Shown: positions 13,916 through 27,766 of the stretch, piece after piece
How the letters are laid out: each line of letters starts with the position of its first letter
Position numbering within the stretch: position 1 is the stretch's first letter
From: Chiloscyllium plagiosum
Lineage: Eukaryota
Length of the DNA stretch: 64,000 nucleotides
Assembly: GCF_004010195.1 (NCBI RefSeq)
Contig: NC_057755.1
Location: 5,749,474-5,813,473 of the forward strand
Direction: 5' to 3'
Position numbers and translations under genes: made by a program
The notes under the pieces: generated by a model
Databases searched by the model: none
What the model saw: only the letters and a program-made list of their open reading frames with translations
Told to the model about the DNA's origin: nothing

Positions 13916-15587
13916 CATAGAACATAGAACATAGAAGAATACAGCGCAGTACAGGCCCTTTGGCCCTCGATGTTGCGCCGATCCAAGCCCACCTAACCTA
14001 TACTAACCCACTATCCTCCATATACCTATCCAATGCCCGCTTAAATGCCCATAAAGAGGGAGAGTCCACCACTGCTGCTGGCAGGGCATTCCATGAACTT
14101 ACGACTCGCTGAGTGAAGAACCTACCCCTAACTTCAGTCCTATATCTACCCCCCCTTAATTTAAAGCTATGCCCCCTCGTAATAGCTGACTCCATACGTG
14201 GAAAAAGGTTCTCACGGTCAACCCTATCTAAACCCCTAATCATCAAGTCACCCCTAAACCTTCTTTACACCATTGAAAACAACCCCAAGTGCCTCAGCCT
14301 TTCCTCATACGACCTTCCTACCATACCAGGGAACATCCTGGTAAACCTCCTCTGCACCCGTTCCAGTGCCTCCACATCCCTCCNNNNNNNNNNNNNNNNN
14401 NNNNNNNNNNNNNNNNNNNNNNNNNNNNNNNNNNNNNNNNNNNNNNNNNNNNNNNNNNNNNNNNNNNNNNNNNNNNNNNNNNNNNNNNNNNNNNNNNNNN
14501 NNNNNNNNNNNNNNNNNNNNNNNNNNNNNNNNNNNNNNNNNNNNNNNNNNNNNNNNNNNNNNNNNNNNNNNNNNNNNNNNNNNNNNNNNNNNNNNNNNNN
14601 NNNNNNNNNNNNNNNNNNNNNNNNNNNNNNNNNNNNNNNNNNNNNNNCCCCTCATCATCCTCCTTCGTCACCTTTTCAAAGAATTCAATAAGGTTTGTGA
14701 GGCACGACTTGCCCTTCACAAAACCATGCTGACTATCCTTGATCACATTATTCCTATCCAGATGTGCATAGATCCTATCCCTTACAATTCTCTCTAAGAC
14801 TTTGCCCACAACAGAAGTGAGACTCACCGGCTTATAGTTACTAGGGCTATCCCTACTCCCCTTTTTGAACAAGGGAACCACATTTGCTATCCTCCAGTCT
14901 TCTGGGACTACTCCTGTAGACAAAGAGGACATAAAAATCAAGGCCAATGGCTCTGCAATCTCCTCCCTTGCTTCCCAGAGAATCCTAGGATAAATGCCAT
15001 CAGGCTCAGGGGACTTATCTATTTTCACCTTTTCCAGGATTTCCAATACCTCTTCTCTACATACCTCAAAGCCATCCATTCTACTTATTTGTGCCTCAGT
15101 ATTCTCATCGACAACAATGCCCTGTTCCTGAGTGAATACTGAAGAAAAGTATTCATTCAGTGTCTCCCCAATCTCTTCCGCCTCCACACGCAACTTCCCA
15201 CTACTATCCTTGACTGGACCTTTTCCTACCCTAGTCATTCTTTTATTCCTAACATACCTATAGAAAGCCTTAGGGTTTTCCCTAATCCTATCTACTAAGG
15301 ACCTTTCATGTCCCCTCCTTGCTGCTTTTAGCTCTCTCTTCAGGTCCTTCCTGGCTACCCTATAACTCTCAATCGCCCCAATTGAACCTTCACGTCTCAT
15401 CTTGAGATAGGCCGCCCTCTTCCATTTAACAAGGGATTCCAATTCCTTATTAAACCACGGCTCCCTCGCACGACCCTTTCCTCCCTGCCTGACAGGTACA
15501 TAATTATCAAGGACACTCAATAGTTGCTCCTTGAACAAGCTCCACATATCATTTACACTCTTGCCTTGGAGTCTACTTTTCCAAGCC
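13916..15587 (-). mobile_element. Relatively young CR1 LINE nested in Gypsy gag, containing an assembly gap
   Basis: Uninterrupted ORF2 stretch (KSPEPDGIYPRIL, PEDWRIANVVPLFKKG, NYKPVSLTS, SQHGFVKGKSCLTNL) and a clean (catagaa)3 tail. Confidence 0.95.
14384..14647. other. Assembly gap (264 N)
   Basis: Run of n characters. Confidence 0.99.
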
Positions 15588-18298
15588 ACTAAAAAGAAAA
15601 GTCTGCTTAAAAGACTGGAGGTAAAGGCTGAAGGTAGACTTATTCAGGAAGAGAGTGAGAATGAGCAAGCCTTTAGAAGTTAGAAGCCTGGTGAAAAACT
15701 GTTAAAGTTTGTTCAAACATTGCCTAAGTTTGATGACAATTAAGTGGAAGCCTTTTTCATCTCATTTGAAAAGGTGGCCAAACACATGCAGTGATCGAGG
15801 CAATGTGGTTTTTGTTGATTCAAACGAAATTTGTAGGTGTGGCTAGTAACGCATTCGCATCAATATCAGAGGAGGTACTTGAGGAGTATAAAGAGGTGAA
15901 AAAAGCCATTTTCAGTTTACATGAGCTTGTACCAGAAGGATACTGACTACGGCTCAGGACTCTAGGGAGGGGCCTGGTCAAACCTATATTAAATTTGAAA
16001 GAATCAAACAGTGTAATTTGGATAGATGGATAAGAGCTTTAAAATAATCAGGCAAACCTATGAAGCCTTTAGTGAGGTAATTATTTTGGAGGAATTCAAA
16101 GAAAATCACTGCCTGAAGTAGTGAAAACTCATGTGGAAGAGCAGTGAGTTTAACAGTCGGATTAGCAGCCGAAGTGTTTGATGAATATGGGCTGGTTCAT
16201 AAAACTCGGTTTGGCTTCCAGTCCATGAAGGATAAAATTTGAGGGTAAAGAGAAATCCTCATATGGAAAGGGGAAACGTATATCTCAGTGGAGATCATAA
16301 GGATAACTTATCAGAGTGTAAGTAATAAACAATTGAGGGGGACAAAGCGGTCAATAGGCTGTGGTGTTTTCATTGTAATAAAGTGTGCCACCCAGAATCG
16401 CAGTGCTGAACGGCTAGGAGAAAGCCAGATGTAGGAAAGCCAGACAAGCCTGGAAGTTTTGGTAAACTTGCAACAGAAAGCAAAAGGGACGTCAGATAAC
16501 TGCCTCAGAGTGTATAAGACGATCAGAGGTTGGTTAAGGGGTAAATGCCAGATCTGCTTAGAAAATATGAATGCATGGCTGAATTTTATTCTCATAGGCC
16601 AGGAGTAGTAGATAAGGATGTTACAATATTAAGGGACACATGATCGTCTCAGTCTATAATGCTGAAGTATGACCAGATATGTATTACTGAGGGACTACTG
16701 CCAGAAATTGTACTTCAACAGGAATTCATGTTTGGACAGAAAAGTGCTCAATTACGTAAAATGAGGCCAGAGAGTCCAGAAATGTGTGGAGATTTTGTGG
16801 TAGGAGTATTGGACAAACTCAGCTGCAGGAATACAATTTGTTCTTTCACATGATGATGTTGATTCACCGGTAGGCGTGCTGCCTACTCTAGTTGAAAAGC
16901 CAGTGGAGACGTAGAAATGGAGGATGTTTTTCCAGGAATCTTCCCAGATTGTTTGATCACAAGATCACAGAGGCACAAGGTGAAGCAGGAGAATTCAAAC
17001 AACAAAGATAATGAAGAGGACATAGTTCTATCCGATACCTTTTTTTCATCAGAAAAGTGGCGCAGAGCAGGAGCAAATAGATAAACATGTAATTATCATT
17101 TTCACTACTAAGCTGATTGAATTACAGCAGAAAGATGAGAACTTAAAACAGTTGCATCAACAGGCATTTACAGAGGAGAGTGCATGCATCCGTGTGTTAT
17201 TTCTTAACAAATGATGTCTTAATGAGGAAATGGAGACCATCACACATTTAGGCAGATGAGAAATGGCAGAGATTCATCAAATTGTTTTGCCAGTAGCGTA
17301 TAGAACGGAGGTGCTGCGAGTGGCGCATGAGCTACCACTTGTAGGACATTTAGAGATGAGGAAAACACGTGCTGAAATATAAAGACATTTTTGATGGCCG
17401 TGACTGCACAAAGATGTCGCTGAATTTTGCCAGACGGATTCTACATGCACGCCAATCGGTAAAACCACAGGCAGTAATAAAACCTGCATCGTTAATACAT
17501 ATTCCAGCATTTGAGGAACCTTTCACAAGAGTCGTGATTTACTGCATTGCCTACCTCAAACAAAAAGTGGGAATAAGTATTTAATAACAATGGTGGATGT
17601 GCCAACCAGATTTCCAGAGGCAATCATATTCCACAACATCACAGCTAAAGGGGTTGTAGAATATTATTTTCAACTAAATACGGACTGCCAATGGAGATCC
17701 AGACAGATCAACGATAAAACTTCACATCCAATCTATTCATGGATAACTTGTGAATAAAGCAAGTCAAATCTACTTTGTACCACCCAGAATCGCAGGTAAC
17801 GCTAGAGAGATGTCTTCAAATATTAAAGACCATGTACAGGGCTTATTGTCAGGATTATCCAGATGATTAGATAAGGGAAAACCGTTTGTACTTTTTGCTA
17901 ATCAGAGATGCACCAAATAAATCGACCAAATACAGTCCATTTGAATTATTTTTTTTTGTCCAGGAAAGAAGAGGACCGTCAAAATTGATTAATGAGAAAT
18001 TAATAAATCAGCATTCAGAAACCACTTATTTGGACTGTATGTCAATTTTTAAAGAATGATTAAACAAAGCTGGAGAGTTGGCTTGACAACATTTAAAAAA
18101 TATCGCAGTATACAATGAAACAGGAAGTGGATAAGAACCCACCGATTCAAACTTTTGCAATTGGGGATAGGTATTGGTGTTACTTCCAATAACAGGTTTA
18201 ATGGACATTATCAAACTGAGAGGGAATTGTCTGACTTGCGCTACTTAATAAGGTCTCCAGACAGGAAGAATTCTCTCAGAGTGTGTCATGCGAATATG

Positions 18299-19966
18299 GA
18301 TAGAGAGCATAGAAAAGTACAGTACAGAACTGGCCCTTCGACCCATGATGTTGTGCTGAGGAGTATTCCTAATGTACAATAAAATACCTTACCCTGCGCA
18401 ACCATCAATTCACTGCTGTCCATGTGCATGTCTATCAGTCACTAAAATGTCCCTAATAACTCGATTTCCACCATCACCGCTGGTGATGCATTCCATCCAT
18501 TCACAGCTCTCTGCATAAAGAACCTACCTGTGACGTATCTTCTATACCTTCCTTCTAATGTCTTAAAACGATGACCCCTTGTGCCAGTCAATCCTGCCCT
18601 GCAGAAAGGTATCTGGTAATTGACTCTATACCTGCTTCTCTTTATCTTGTATATCTCGATCAGTCACATCTTTCCTGCTTCTTCTCTCCAGAGAGAAACG
18701 TCCGAGCTTAGTTAACCTCTCTTCGTAAGACAAGCTCTTCAGTCCTGGCAACATGCTGGTAAGCGTTCTTTGCACACTCTTCAAAGCCTCCGTATCTTTA
18801 CTATAATAGGGAGACCAGAACCGGACACAGTCTTCCAAGTGTGGACCCACCAAGGTCTTGTCGAGCTGCAGCAAAACCTCGTTTCTCTTAAACTCTATCC
18901 ACCTGTTAATTAAAGCCAAAACCCCAGATGGTTTCTGAAAATAAACTATCCAATTGGGTGGCAACTTTGAGGGAACTATGGACTTGAACACCAAGATCCC
19001 TCTGTTGTTCCACACTGCCAAGAATCCTGTCTTTAATCCTCTGTTCAGCATTCAAGTTCTAGCATCCAAAATCCATCACTTCGCATTTATATGTCGAACT
19101 CCATCTGGAATTTCTCAGCCCAGCTCTACCTCCTGTCTGTGTCGTGCTGCAGCCTGCAATAGCCCTCGATACTATCAATGGCACCTCCATCCTTTGTGTC
19201 ATCAGCAAAATTTACTAACCCACTCCTACGCCTCCTCATCCAAATCATTTATAAAAACTACAAAATGCAGAAGCCCAAGAACAGAGCCCTGTCTGACACC
19301 ACTCACAACTGACCTCCAGGCATAATATATTTCATCTACAATCACTGTCTGTCTTCTGTCAGGCAACCAATTCTGATTCCAGCCAGCCAAAACTCCCTTT
19401 CCCCCTTATCTCCTGACAATATGAATGAGCCTACCGTGGGGAACCTTCTCTAATGCCTTGCTAAAGTTTATATACACCACATCCACAGCTCGACTTTGTC
19501 GACCTGTCTCGTCACCTCCTCAAATATCTCAATAACATTTGTGAGGCATGATCTGCCCTCATAAAGCCATACTGACTGTCTTTAATCACGCTATGCTTTC
19601 CAAAATAGTCACAAGTCCTATCCCTCAGAATTCTTTTCAAAACCTTGCTGACCACAGAGATATGACTGACTAGTTTGTAATTTTTAGGGATTCCCCTATT
19701 CACCTCCCTCCAATTCACAAGTACGAATCCAATGGAGAGTGAGGAAGCAAAAATCTTCACCAGTGGTTTCGCAACCTCCTTTCTCGCTTCCCGGAACAGC
19801 CTGGGATAAATTGTTCCCTCCATGAGTGTTCCCTCACATTGTGTCATCACGCGACAACCTTTCCCAATAGATTCACTACATCCTGTCACTGTCACATCTA
19901 CAACCACCCCCTATCAGATATGTAGCTCTGGTTTCAATTCCCTTGCCAAACTAGTTTAATCTAGTT
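18299..19966 (-). mobile_element. CR1 LINE (internally deleted) nested at the integrase C-terminus of the Gypsy element
   Basis: LVGPHLEDCVRFWSP, SYEERL, SQYGFM remnants; flanked by gaatatg at 18292-18298 and 19967-19973 (TSD). Confidence 0.92.
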
Positions 19967-21673
19967 GAATATGCTCAGTGGTATTTTGATAGGGAAGGAA
20001 AGCAACAGAAGAATGCTTTCATGAATACAGCACAGAAGGAAGACTCAAGTTCAGAGGATTCCCAATTTGACTTTCCTCAAATCAGATTGGACAATGAGGA
20101 AATGATCAGAAATTGGAATAAACCATTGAATTACCTACCATATGATAATTGAAATGTCCTGAAAGTTATTATTATCACATGGGGAGACATGTGGAAAGAA
20201 AATGGGAAGTACAAACATAATTGTGTATGAGGTTGAGATAAGAGCTGCTGTTCCGATTAAACAACACCCTTGTCGGCATAAACCTCTAAAGTTTGCATAG
20301 GTTCAGAAGGGAATAGAGTGCATACTCCAAGTTGGGATAATCAAAGTGAGTTACAGTGACTGGAGCTCCCCAATAGTCATGGTGTCAAAGTCAGAGAATA
20401 ACCAATGTTTATGTGTGTATTATCGCAAAGTCAACACCCTTACAAAGACTGATGCATATCCAATTCCATGCTCGGAGGACTGGGTCGAAGAAGTAGGACA
20501 ATCAACTTAAATTTCTAAGTTTGACTTTCTCAGAGGCTACTGGCAAGTACTTCTGTCAGAAAGAACAAAGGCAATTTCGGCCTCCGTCATGCCAAATGGC
20601 CAATATCAGATCAAAGGTATGCCATTTGGCATGACAAACTCTCCAGCCACATTTCAGAGACTGACTAATAAGTCCATTGCCAGATTACTAAAATGTATGA
20701 TGTATATTGATGCCCTGGCGTTTTTTAGTCACTCATGGAGGGAACAATTACTGCATTTATCGGACATGTTCAATTGACTTTGGAATGCAGTCTTGGTGGA
20801 AAACTAGCTAAAAGTGAATTCGCCAAGTCACCTTCATGGGCCATGTCATTGGACATGGACAAATAGCCCCTCAGAGCGCGACATCGGAAGTAAATGCGGA
20901 ATTTCCCACACAATCGACGAAAAAAAAAGCGTACTAGATTTCCTGGGATTGAATGGATTTTACTGGAAGTTTGTGTCAAATTTTAGCAGTGTGTTTGCTC
21001 CACTCACTGCATTGACAAAAATGGGCAAGACATTTCACTGGACAGTGGACTGTCAAAACGCATTTGATAGCCTAAAAACTGTGCGAACCACTGCCCAGGT
21101 ATTAGCCACACCAAATTACACGAAGCTTTTCAATGTAGCAATAGATGCCAGTGACGTGGGGGTCGGTGTGGTGCTCCTGCTGGAGGATGACGAAGGGATG
21201 GAAAGACCCACCGCGTTTTTTTACCAGAAGTTGAACATGCATCAACAGAAATATTCAACGGTGGAGAATGATACTTTAAACTTGGTGTGAACATTGCAAC
21301 AGTTCATTGTTTATATTACAAGCAAAACATTTGAGACAATAATATACGCTGATCATAACCCATTGGCATTTGTGGAGAAATGTAGGGACAAAACTGTCAA
21401 ACTGTTTAGATGGAGCTTGTTGTTACAGTCATTGAATATGAGAAATGTGCATATTTCAGGTCTGGTAAACGTGATTGCTGATGCATCATCAAAGCGAGAA
21501 TTAGTTCGGTGGCGGATGTCCTGCGGCCTTAATTTGCATTTGGTTGTGCATGTTGCATGATTATACTGAAAATAGCGCACATGTGTGTTGAGGCTACTAA
21601 CTGGGTTTTTGAATGGTTCTAAAAATGCAGACATATTTTGGTATTGGCCGTTCACTTTTTTTCAGGTGGGAGG

Positions 21674-22316
21674 TGTCACAAAGCTGCTTCCATTTTTTTC
21701 TAAAAGCTGCTCCTTTTCTCAAGGATAGTAAGTTCTTGGTCTTCTTCAGTGGGATCATAAACGCTCCCAATGCCTACTAGACTAGTCTGGTAAAGAGATC
21801 AAAGGTAATTGAGAGACCTTTTGTTTAAATTCAATCAGATGAGACACCAGGGCAAAGTGGTCATGTTTTAGAAGTGACCTGTATAATGAAAGGCGAGTGG
21901 TCAGCTGACCAGCTGAGCATTTCAGTCCAGAACTCGTTGGGAGTTCAACAGTGAGCTGTTTGGAAACGCTCTCTCTCTCTCAGTCTTCCCATCCTTCTAG
22001 CTTCAACCTCTAAGCATCTATTCCATTTCGTAACTGTATTTTAAGGGACTGCTTTTTGGGACTGTTGTGAATATTCGTAACAGCATAATTAATTCTAGTT
22101 TGGATAGACTGAGGTTTAATGGGTTTTTTATTGTGTTCTTTGTGTTGCATTGCATAATTGTGTGAGTAAACTTCTCTGTGTTTTAAAACCTAGTAGTCAT
22201 CCTAGACAGCTCATTCTGGGTCATTCTCACTGCACACGTTACCGAAACAAATTGCAAAGTTATGATCTGGGCTACCTGCTTCAGAATATTTTAAATGGTC
22301 TGGCTCTTCCATAACA
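21674..22316 (+). repeat. 3' LTR of the Gypsy element
   Basis: Starts TGtcaca right after the polypurine tract, ends cataaCA; visibly diverged from the 5' LTR. Confidence 0.88.
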
Positions 22317-23149
22317 GATTGAATATTCCGAGTGTGTAGAATACTATGGTGATGCAACAGGAAGTTTATCTCCATTCTAATATGGATAGCAATGGAGGAG
22401 ATATATAGATTCCGGAGCAGTAAAGGACGAGTTGTAAAGACGTTTTCTGTCCTCCCCTCGGCCTTCTGAGTAACATTGGTAGTGTAAGTGAATTGGCAAA
22501 GCTCACAAGCTGCACTTTTGTTAAAATGATGTGAATTTCAGTTATTTTTAACTACCACCTGGATAGATTCAGGTTAACTATGGAATTGCTGAAGTAAAAT
22601 AGAGTTTGCTCAATAATTGTCAAGACATAGAACACAGAGCACAAAACAGCATAAGACAGCACAGGCCCTTTCGCAGTCAAAGGTGCGCTGGTCATGGATT
22701 CGATATGATTCATGAGTACAGATTCTGGCTGAATGATGGCAGGAATTTGACAGTTCAGGAAGACCATTAAATGCAAGAAATATCAAGCAGTGTTTCTTTT
22801 AATAAAAGGCTAGACTAGCACCACCGCGATGGGCGTTCGAAATTCATGAAACACAATTTTCGAAGCAATTTTCTCAACAAAGCTGCGAAATAATAAACGC
22901 AAATTGTTGCCTCTGGCAGTGATGTGCAGGTCCATTCACAGTAAAAAAATAAAGGTACAAAGTCAGCAATAACTGGAAGGTGTCACAAAGATGCAGCAAT
23001 TGGCATAGGATAGTTGAACGCATTTCTAATTGGATTAATAAGATGAGAAAAGGTGGCCAAAATTAAAGTTCATCGAAATTTGTCGTAAAGGATGTTTGGA
23101 ACGGCATCTTCAGGCACAGCTTGTTATTTAGACACATAACTGACTTGAA

Positions 23150-23410
23150 GGTAGGAGACAGAGGGTCGTGGTGGAGGATTGCCTCTCAAACTGGACGCCA
23201 GTTACCAAGGCTCTGCCATTGGGATCATTGTTGGTTCCACAGCGTTTTGTCTTTTATATAAATAGTTTGGATATGATCATTAGAGGTGTGTTTAGTAAGT
23301 TTGCAGAAGAAGCCAAAATTGGACGTGCCGTGGGCAGCGATAAATGTTATCTCAGAGCGCAATGGAATTTTGATCAGATGAGCCAATGGGCCGAGGTGTG
23401 GCAGATGAAT
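23150..23410 (+). mobile_element. CR1 RT fragment
   Basis: WTPVTKALPLGSLLVP..SKFAEEAKIG..QWAEVWQM (ORF 23168..23551). Confidence 0.8.
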
Positions 23411-23789
23411 GATTTTGTACCAATGATTTTGTGCCTCTGCACCTTTGTACCTAAGATGGCGTCAGGAATGGCAACATTCTACACTTCTCACTGTACTCAT
23501 GTACTTCTGGACTTGAATACACACGACAATAAAAAATCTAGTTCTCAGTAAATTAGTGATATCGTTTTCTTCAAATTGGATTCTAGTGCGTAATAATCCG
23601 CAAAGGAAAACGGTTCATTTTCTGATTGTTCAGATCACTGTAACTAAGTTCATTATTGATTCAATCAGATTTATATTCTCAGCAGAATTGTAGCTTCCAA
23701 ATAACATGAACTTGTGTTGACAATATTGTTGTACTTAGGCGGGCAGAATCATTGACTCTGCAGTAACATCCAGGCGTGCCTGCGACAGA

Positions 23790-23859
23790 ATGAACTACTC
23801 AGCAATCTTACAGGTAGTGCGAATTTACTACCCAATACTTGCAACTATTGGCATTATTG
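23790..23859 (+). pseudogene. GPR139-like pseudogene C2, exon 1
   Basis: MNYSAILQVVRIYYPILATIGII plus G, then gcaagt (GC-type donor). Inverted paralog of 11121-11190. Confidence 0.82.
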
Positions 23860-24376
23860 GCAAGTTATTAAATCCAGTTATATTTGTGTAAAACCTTTTT
23901 AACTCTACTACCTCATTCTTTGTGGAAATTTGACATGTTTTCACTGGCTTTGAGTATTTTCAAACTTTACATTCCTCGTCGTTTCACCACTAGTTCATTA
24001 TTATTGTTGCTTCCTTCCGTCTGCTGAAGCAGGTTGATTTATAAATGTTTTGCAGAGAATTTAGTTGCAATATAGAGCAGGCTGAGTCATCATCTATTTC
24101 CCATCTGGAGGTACACTTCAGAAGATTTAGGGTTGCAACCTTCTGAAACCAGTGCAGGCCAGTTCGTGGAAGAATGTCGTCATAGAGTGGTACAACGCAG
24201 AAACAGAACATTCGATCTAACTCGCACATGCCATAAACTTTTCCTGAATTGAACTACTCCCAATCGTCTGCTTTTGGACTTTGTTCTGCTAAATCGTTCC
24301 TCTCTACATAACTGTCCAAAGGTCTTCTGAAGGATCCAGCAAAACTGAAATAACAGTGATATGTATCCAAGCCAGG

Positions 24377-27300
24377 AACATAGAACATAGAAAATTACAG
24401 CGCAGTACAGGCCCTTCAGCCCTCGATATTGCGCCGCCCCGTGATACTAATGTGAAGTCCATTCCCCCTACACTATTCCATGTTTGTCCATTTGCCTGTC
24501 CAATGACGATTTAAATGCACTTAAACTTGGCGAATCTACTACCGATGCCAGCAAAGCATTCCATACCCTTACCCCTCTCTGAATAAATAAACTACCTCTG
24601 ACACCTGTCTTATAGCTATCTCCCCTCACTTTAAAGTTGTGTTCCCTCGTGCCCTCGTGTTTGCTGTCCCCATACTTGGAAATAGGCCCTCACTGTCCAC
24701 TCTATCTAACCCTCTGATTACCTTGTATGTCTCTATTAAGTCACCTCTCAACCTTCTTCTCTCTAACGAGAACAGCCTCAAGACCCTTAGCCTTTCCTCG
24801 TAAGACATTCCTTCCATACAAGGCAACATCCTCGTAAATCTCCTCTGCACCATTTCCAAAGCTTTCACATTCTTCTTATAATGCGCTAACAAGAACTGTA
24901 CAGAATACTCCAAGTGTGGCAGTACCAGAGCTTTGTACAGCTGCAGCATAACCTCCTGGTTCCAGAACTCAATTCTTCTATTAATAAAGGCAAAAACACT
25001 GCATGCCTTCTTAACAAACCTGTCTATCTGGGTAGCAACCTTCAGGGATATGTGCACATGGACACCGAGATCTCTCTGCTCATCTGCACTCCCAAGAATC
25101 GTGACACTAGCCCACTACTTTGCATTCCGATTTCTCCAGCCAAAGTGTATCACCTCACACTTGTCCGCATTAAACTCCATTTGCCAGCTCTCAGCTCAGG
25201 TCTGCATCCTATCTATGTCTCTCTGCAACCTACTACATCCTTCGTCACTATCCACAACTCCACCGAGCTTAGTGTCGTCGGCAAATTTACTAACGCACCA
25301 TTCTAAGCCCTCATCCAGGTCATTTATAAAAATGACGAACAGCAGTGTACCCAAAACTGACTCTTACGGTAACTGGACACCAAGGGATACATGTTCCATC
25401 AACTATAACCCTCTGTTTTCTTTCAGCAGGCCAATTACTTATCCAAACTGTTATGTCTGAAATCCATATACACCACATCAACCGGTTTGCTCTCATCTAC
25501 CTGTTTGGTCACTTTGTCAAAAAAACTCACTAAGATTCTTTAGGTACGACCTAACCTTCACAAAACCGTGCTGACTGTCCCTGATCAGACTATTCTTTTC
25601 AAGATGGTTATAAATCCTATCTCTTATAACCTTTTCCAACACTTGACCAACAACTGAAGTGAGACTCACTGGTCTGTAATTACCAAGGTTGGCTCTACTA
25701 CCCTTTTTGAACAAGGGTATCACATTTGCTCTCCTCCAGTCCTCAGGCACTATTCCTGTAGACAATGATGATTTGAAGATCAATGCCAAATGCTTAGCAA
25801 TCACTTCCCTTGCTTCCCAGAGGATCCTAGGATAGATCTCATCCAGCCCAGGGGACTAGTATATTTTCACACTCTGCAGTATTTCTAATACCTCTGCCTT
25901 GTGAACCTCAATCTCTTCTAGTCTAGATGCAAGTACCTCTGTATCTTCCTCGCCAACATGTTCATTTTCTATAGTGAACACTGTCGAAAAATATTTATTT
26001 AGTGCTTCCCCTATCTCGTCTGACTTCACACACAACTTCTCGCTATTATCATTGATTGGCTCTAATTTAACTCTCGTCATTCTTTTATTCCTGACATATC
26101 TATGGAAAGCCTTAGAGTTAATCCTGATCCTACCTGCCAACAACCTCTCATATCCTCTCCTGGCTCTTCTGAGCTCATTTTTTAGGTCTTTCCTGACTTC
26201 CTTGTAAACCTCAAGCGCCCTAACTGAGTTTTCACATTTTGTCTTAACATAAGCATTCTTCTTCTCCTTGACCAGGGATTCCACTTCCTTAGTAAATCAC
26301 GGCTTACGCGTTCTATATCTTCCTCCTTGCCTGACAGATACCTACTTACCTAGGACACACAGGAGCTTTTCCTTGAATAAGCGCCACATTTTAATTTGCT
26401 CATCCCCTGCAGTTTCGTACCCCATTCTACGCTTCCGAAATCTTTCCTACTTGCATCTTAATTTCCCTTCCCCAGCTGTAATTCTTGCTTGGTGTAGTAC
26501 ACCTATCCCTTTCCATCACCAAAGTAAACCTGACAGAATTGTGATCGCTGTCTCCAAAGTGCTCACCTGCTTCCAAATCTAACACCTGCCAGGCTCGTTA
26601 CCCAGTACTAAATCTAAAGTGGCTTGGCCCCTTTTAGGCCTGTCTACATACTGTGTCAGGAAGCCCTCCTGCACTCACTGGACAAAAACTGACCCACCTA
26701 TTTTACTCGTACTGGAGCGATCCCAGTCAATATTTCGATGATTGAAACCCCCCATGACAACTCCCCTGCCTCTCTCACTCCTATCGAGAATCATCTTTGC
26801 TATCATTTCCTCTACATCACTGGGACTATTTGGAGGCCTATAGAAAACTCCCAACATGGTGACTTCTCCTTTCCTGTTTCTAACCTCAGCCCATGCTACC
26901 TCAGTTAACGTATCCCCAACCATCCTTCCTCCAACTGTAATATTGTCCCTGATCAACTATGCCACACCTCCCCCTCTTTTACCATCTTCTCTGTTCTTAC
27001 TGAAACATGTGAATCCCAGAACCTGCCACAGTCATTCCTGTCCCTGTACCTTCCATGTCTCCGTGATGGACACAACATTGAAGTCCCAGGTACCAACCCA
27101 CGCTGCCAGTTCACCCACTTTATTTCGGATGCTCCTCGCGTTGAAGTACACACACTTCAAACCAGGTTCTCGCTTGCCAGTGTCAGATACTTGATTTGGG
27201 AACTCCTTACTCTCATCCTGTTTTGTACCTGTCCTGCAATTTTGGTTCCCATCCCCCTGCTGTATTAGTTTCAATCCACCTTAATTGCCTTAGTGAATTT

Positions 27301-27766
27301 CCCCCCTCCCAGGATATTGGTACCCCTCTGGTTTAGATGAAGACCATCCTGCTTGTAGAAGTCCCACCTACACCAGAAAGAGCTCCAATTATCCAAAAAC
27401 TCGAAACCCTCCCTCCTGCACCAACCCTGTAGCCACGTATTCAACTCCTTTCTCTCCCTTTTTCTCACCTCACTAGCACGTGGCACGGGCAGCAAACTTG
27501 AGAAAACAACTCCGTTTGTCCTAGCTCTAAGCTTCCAGCCTAGCTTCCTGAATTTCGACCTTGAGTCCCCATCTCTCTTCCGACCTAGGTCGTTGGTGCC
27601 AATGTGGACCACGACTTGGGGTTTCTCTCCCTCCCCCCGAAAGATCCCAAAAACCCGATCAGAGACATCGTGGATCCTGGCACCCGGTAGGCAACACACC
27701 AACCGTGAGTCTCTCTCGTCCCCAAAGAACCTCCTAACTGTCCCACTAACTATCGAGTCCCCATAG
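24377..27766 (-). mobile_element. Long CR1 LINE with esterase-type ORF1 remnant, APE and RT domains (inactivated)
   Basis: ORF1 SGNH motifs GDSIV, CLPGAR, HIGTND, DGLHLN (27271..27780). APE: YFNARSIRNK, ITETW, FYRPPNS. RT: NYRPVSLTS, SQHGF. catagaa tail at 24377; small internal deletion near 25455. Confidence 0.95.

Larger units (their letters stand above)
12812..22316 (+). mobile_element. Decayed Ty3/Gypsy LTR retrotransposon, Gmr1-like (gag-PR-IN-RT-RH), both LTRs present
   Basis: Gag: EAFFISFEKVA, ELVPEGY, IILEEFK, CFHCNKVCH..C knuckle (~15720-16410). Protease ILRDT (~16630). Integrase: AHELPLVGHL, EEPFTRV, TRFPEAI, YHPESQ (~17220-18300). RT: PIKQHP, WSSPIVMV, LRGYWQV, MPFGMTNSPATFQRL, YID (~20250-20800). 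RNase H: DASDVGVG, YSTVE, DHNPL, NVIADA (~21140-21490). Polypurine tract ggtgggagg precedes the 3' LTR. Many stops and frameshifts. Confidence 0.92.

Noticed and set aside
14113..14797. Long ORFs spanning the N run
   Set aside because: Artefacts of translating through the gap; they are antisense or alternative frames of a CR1.
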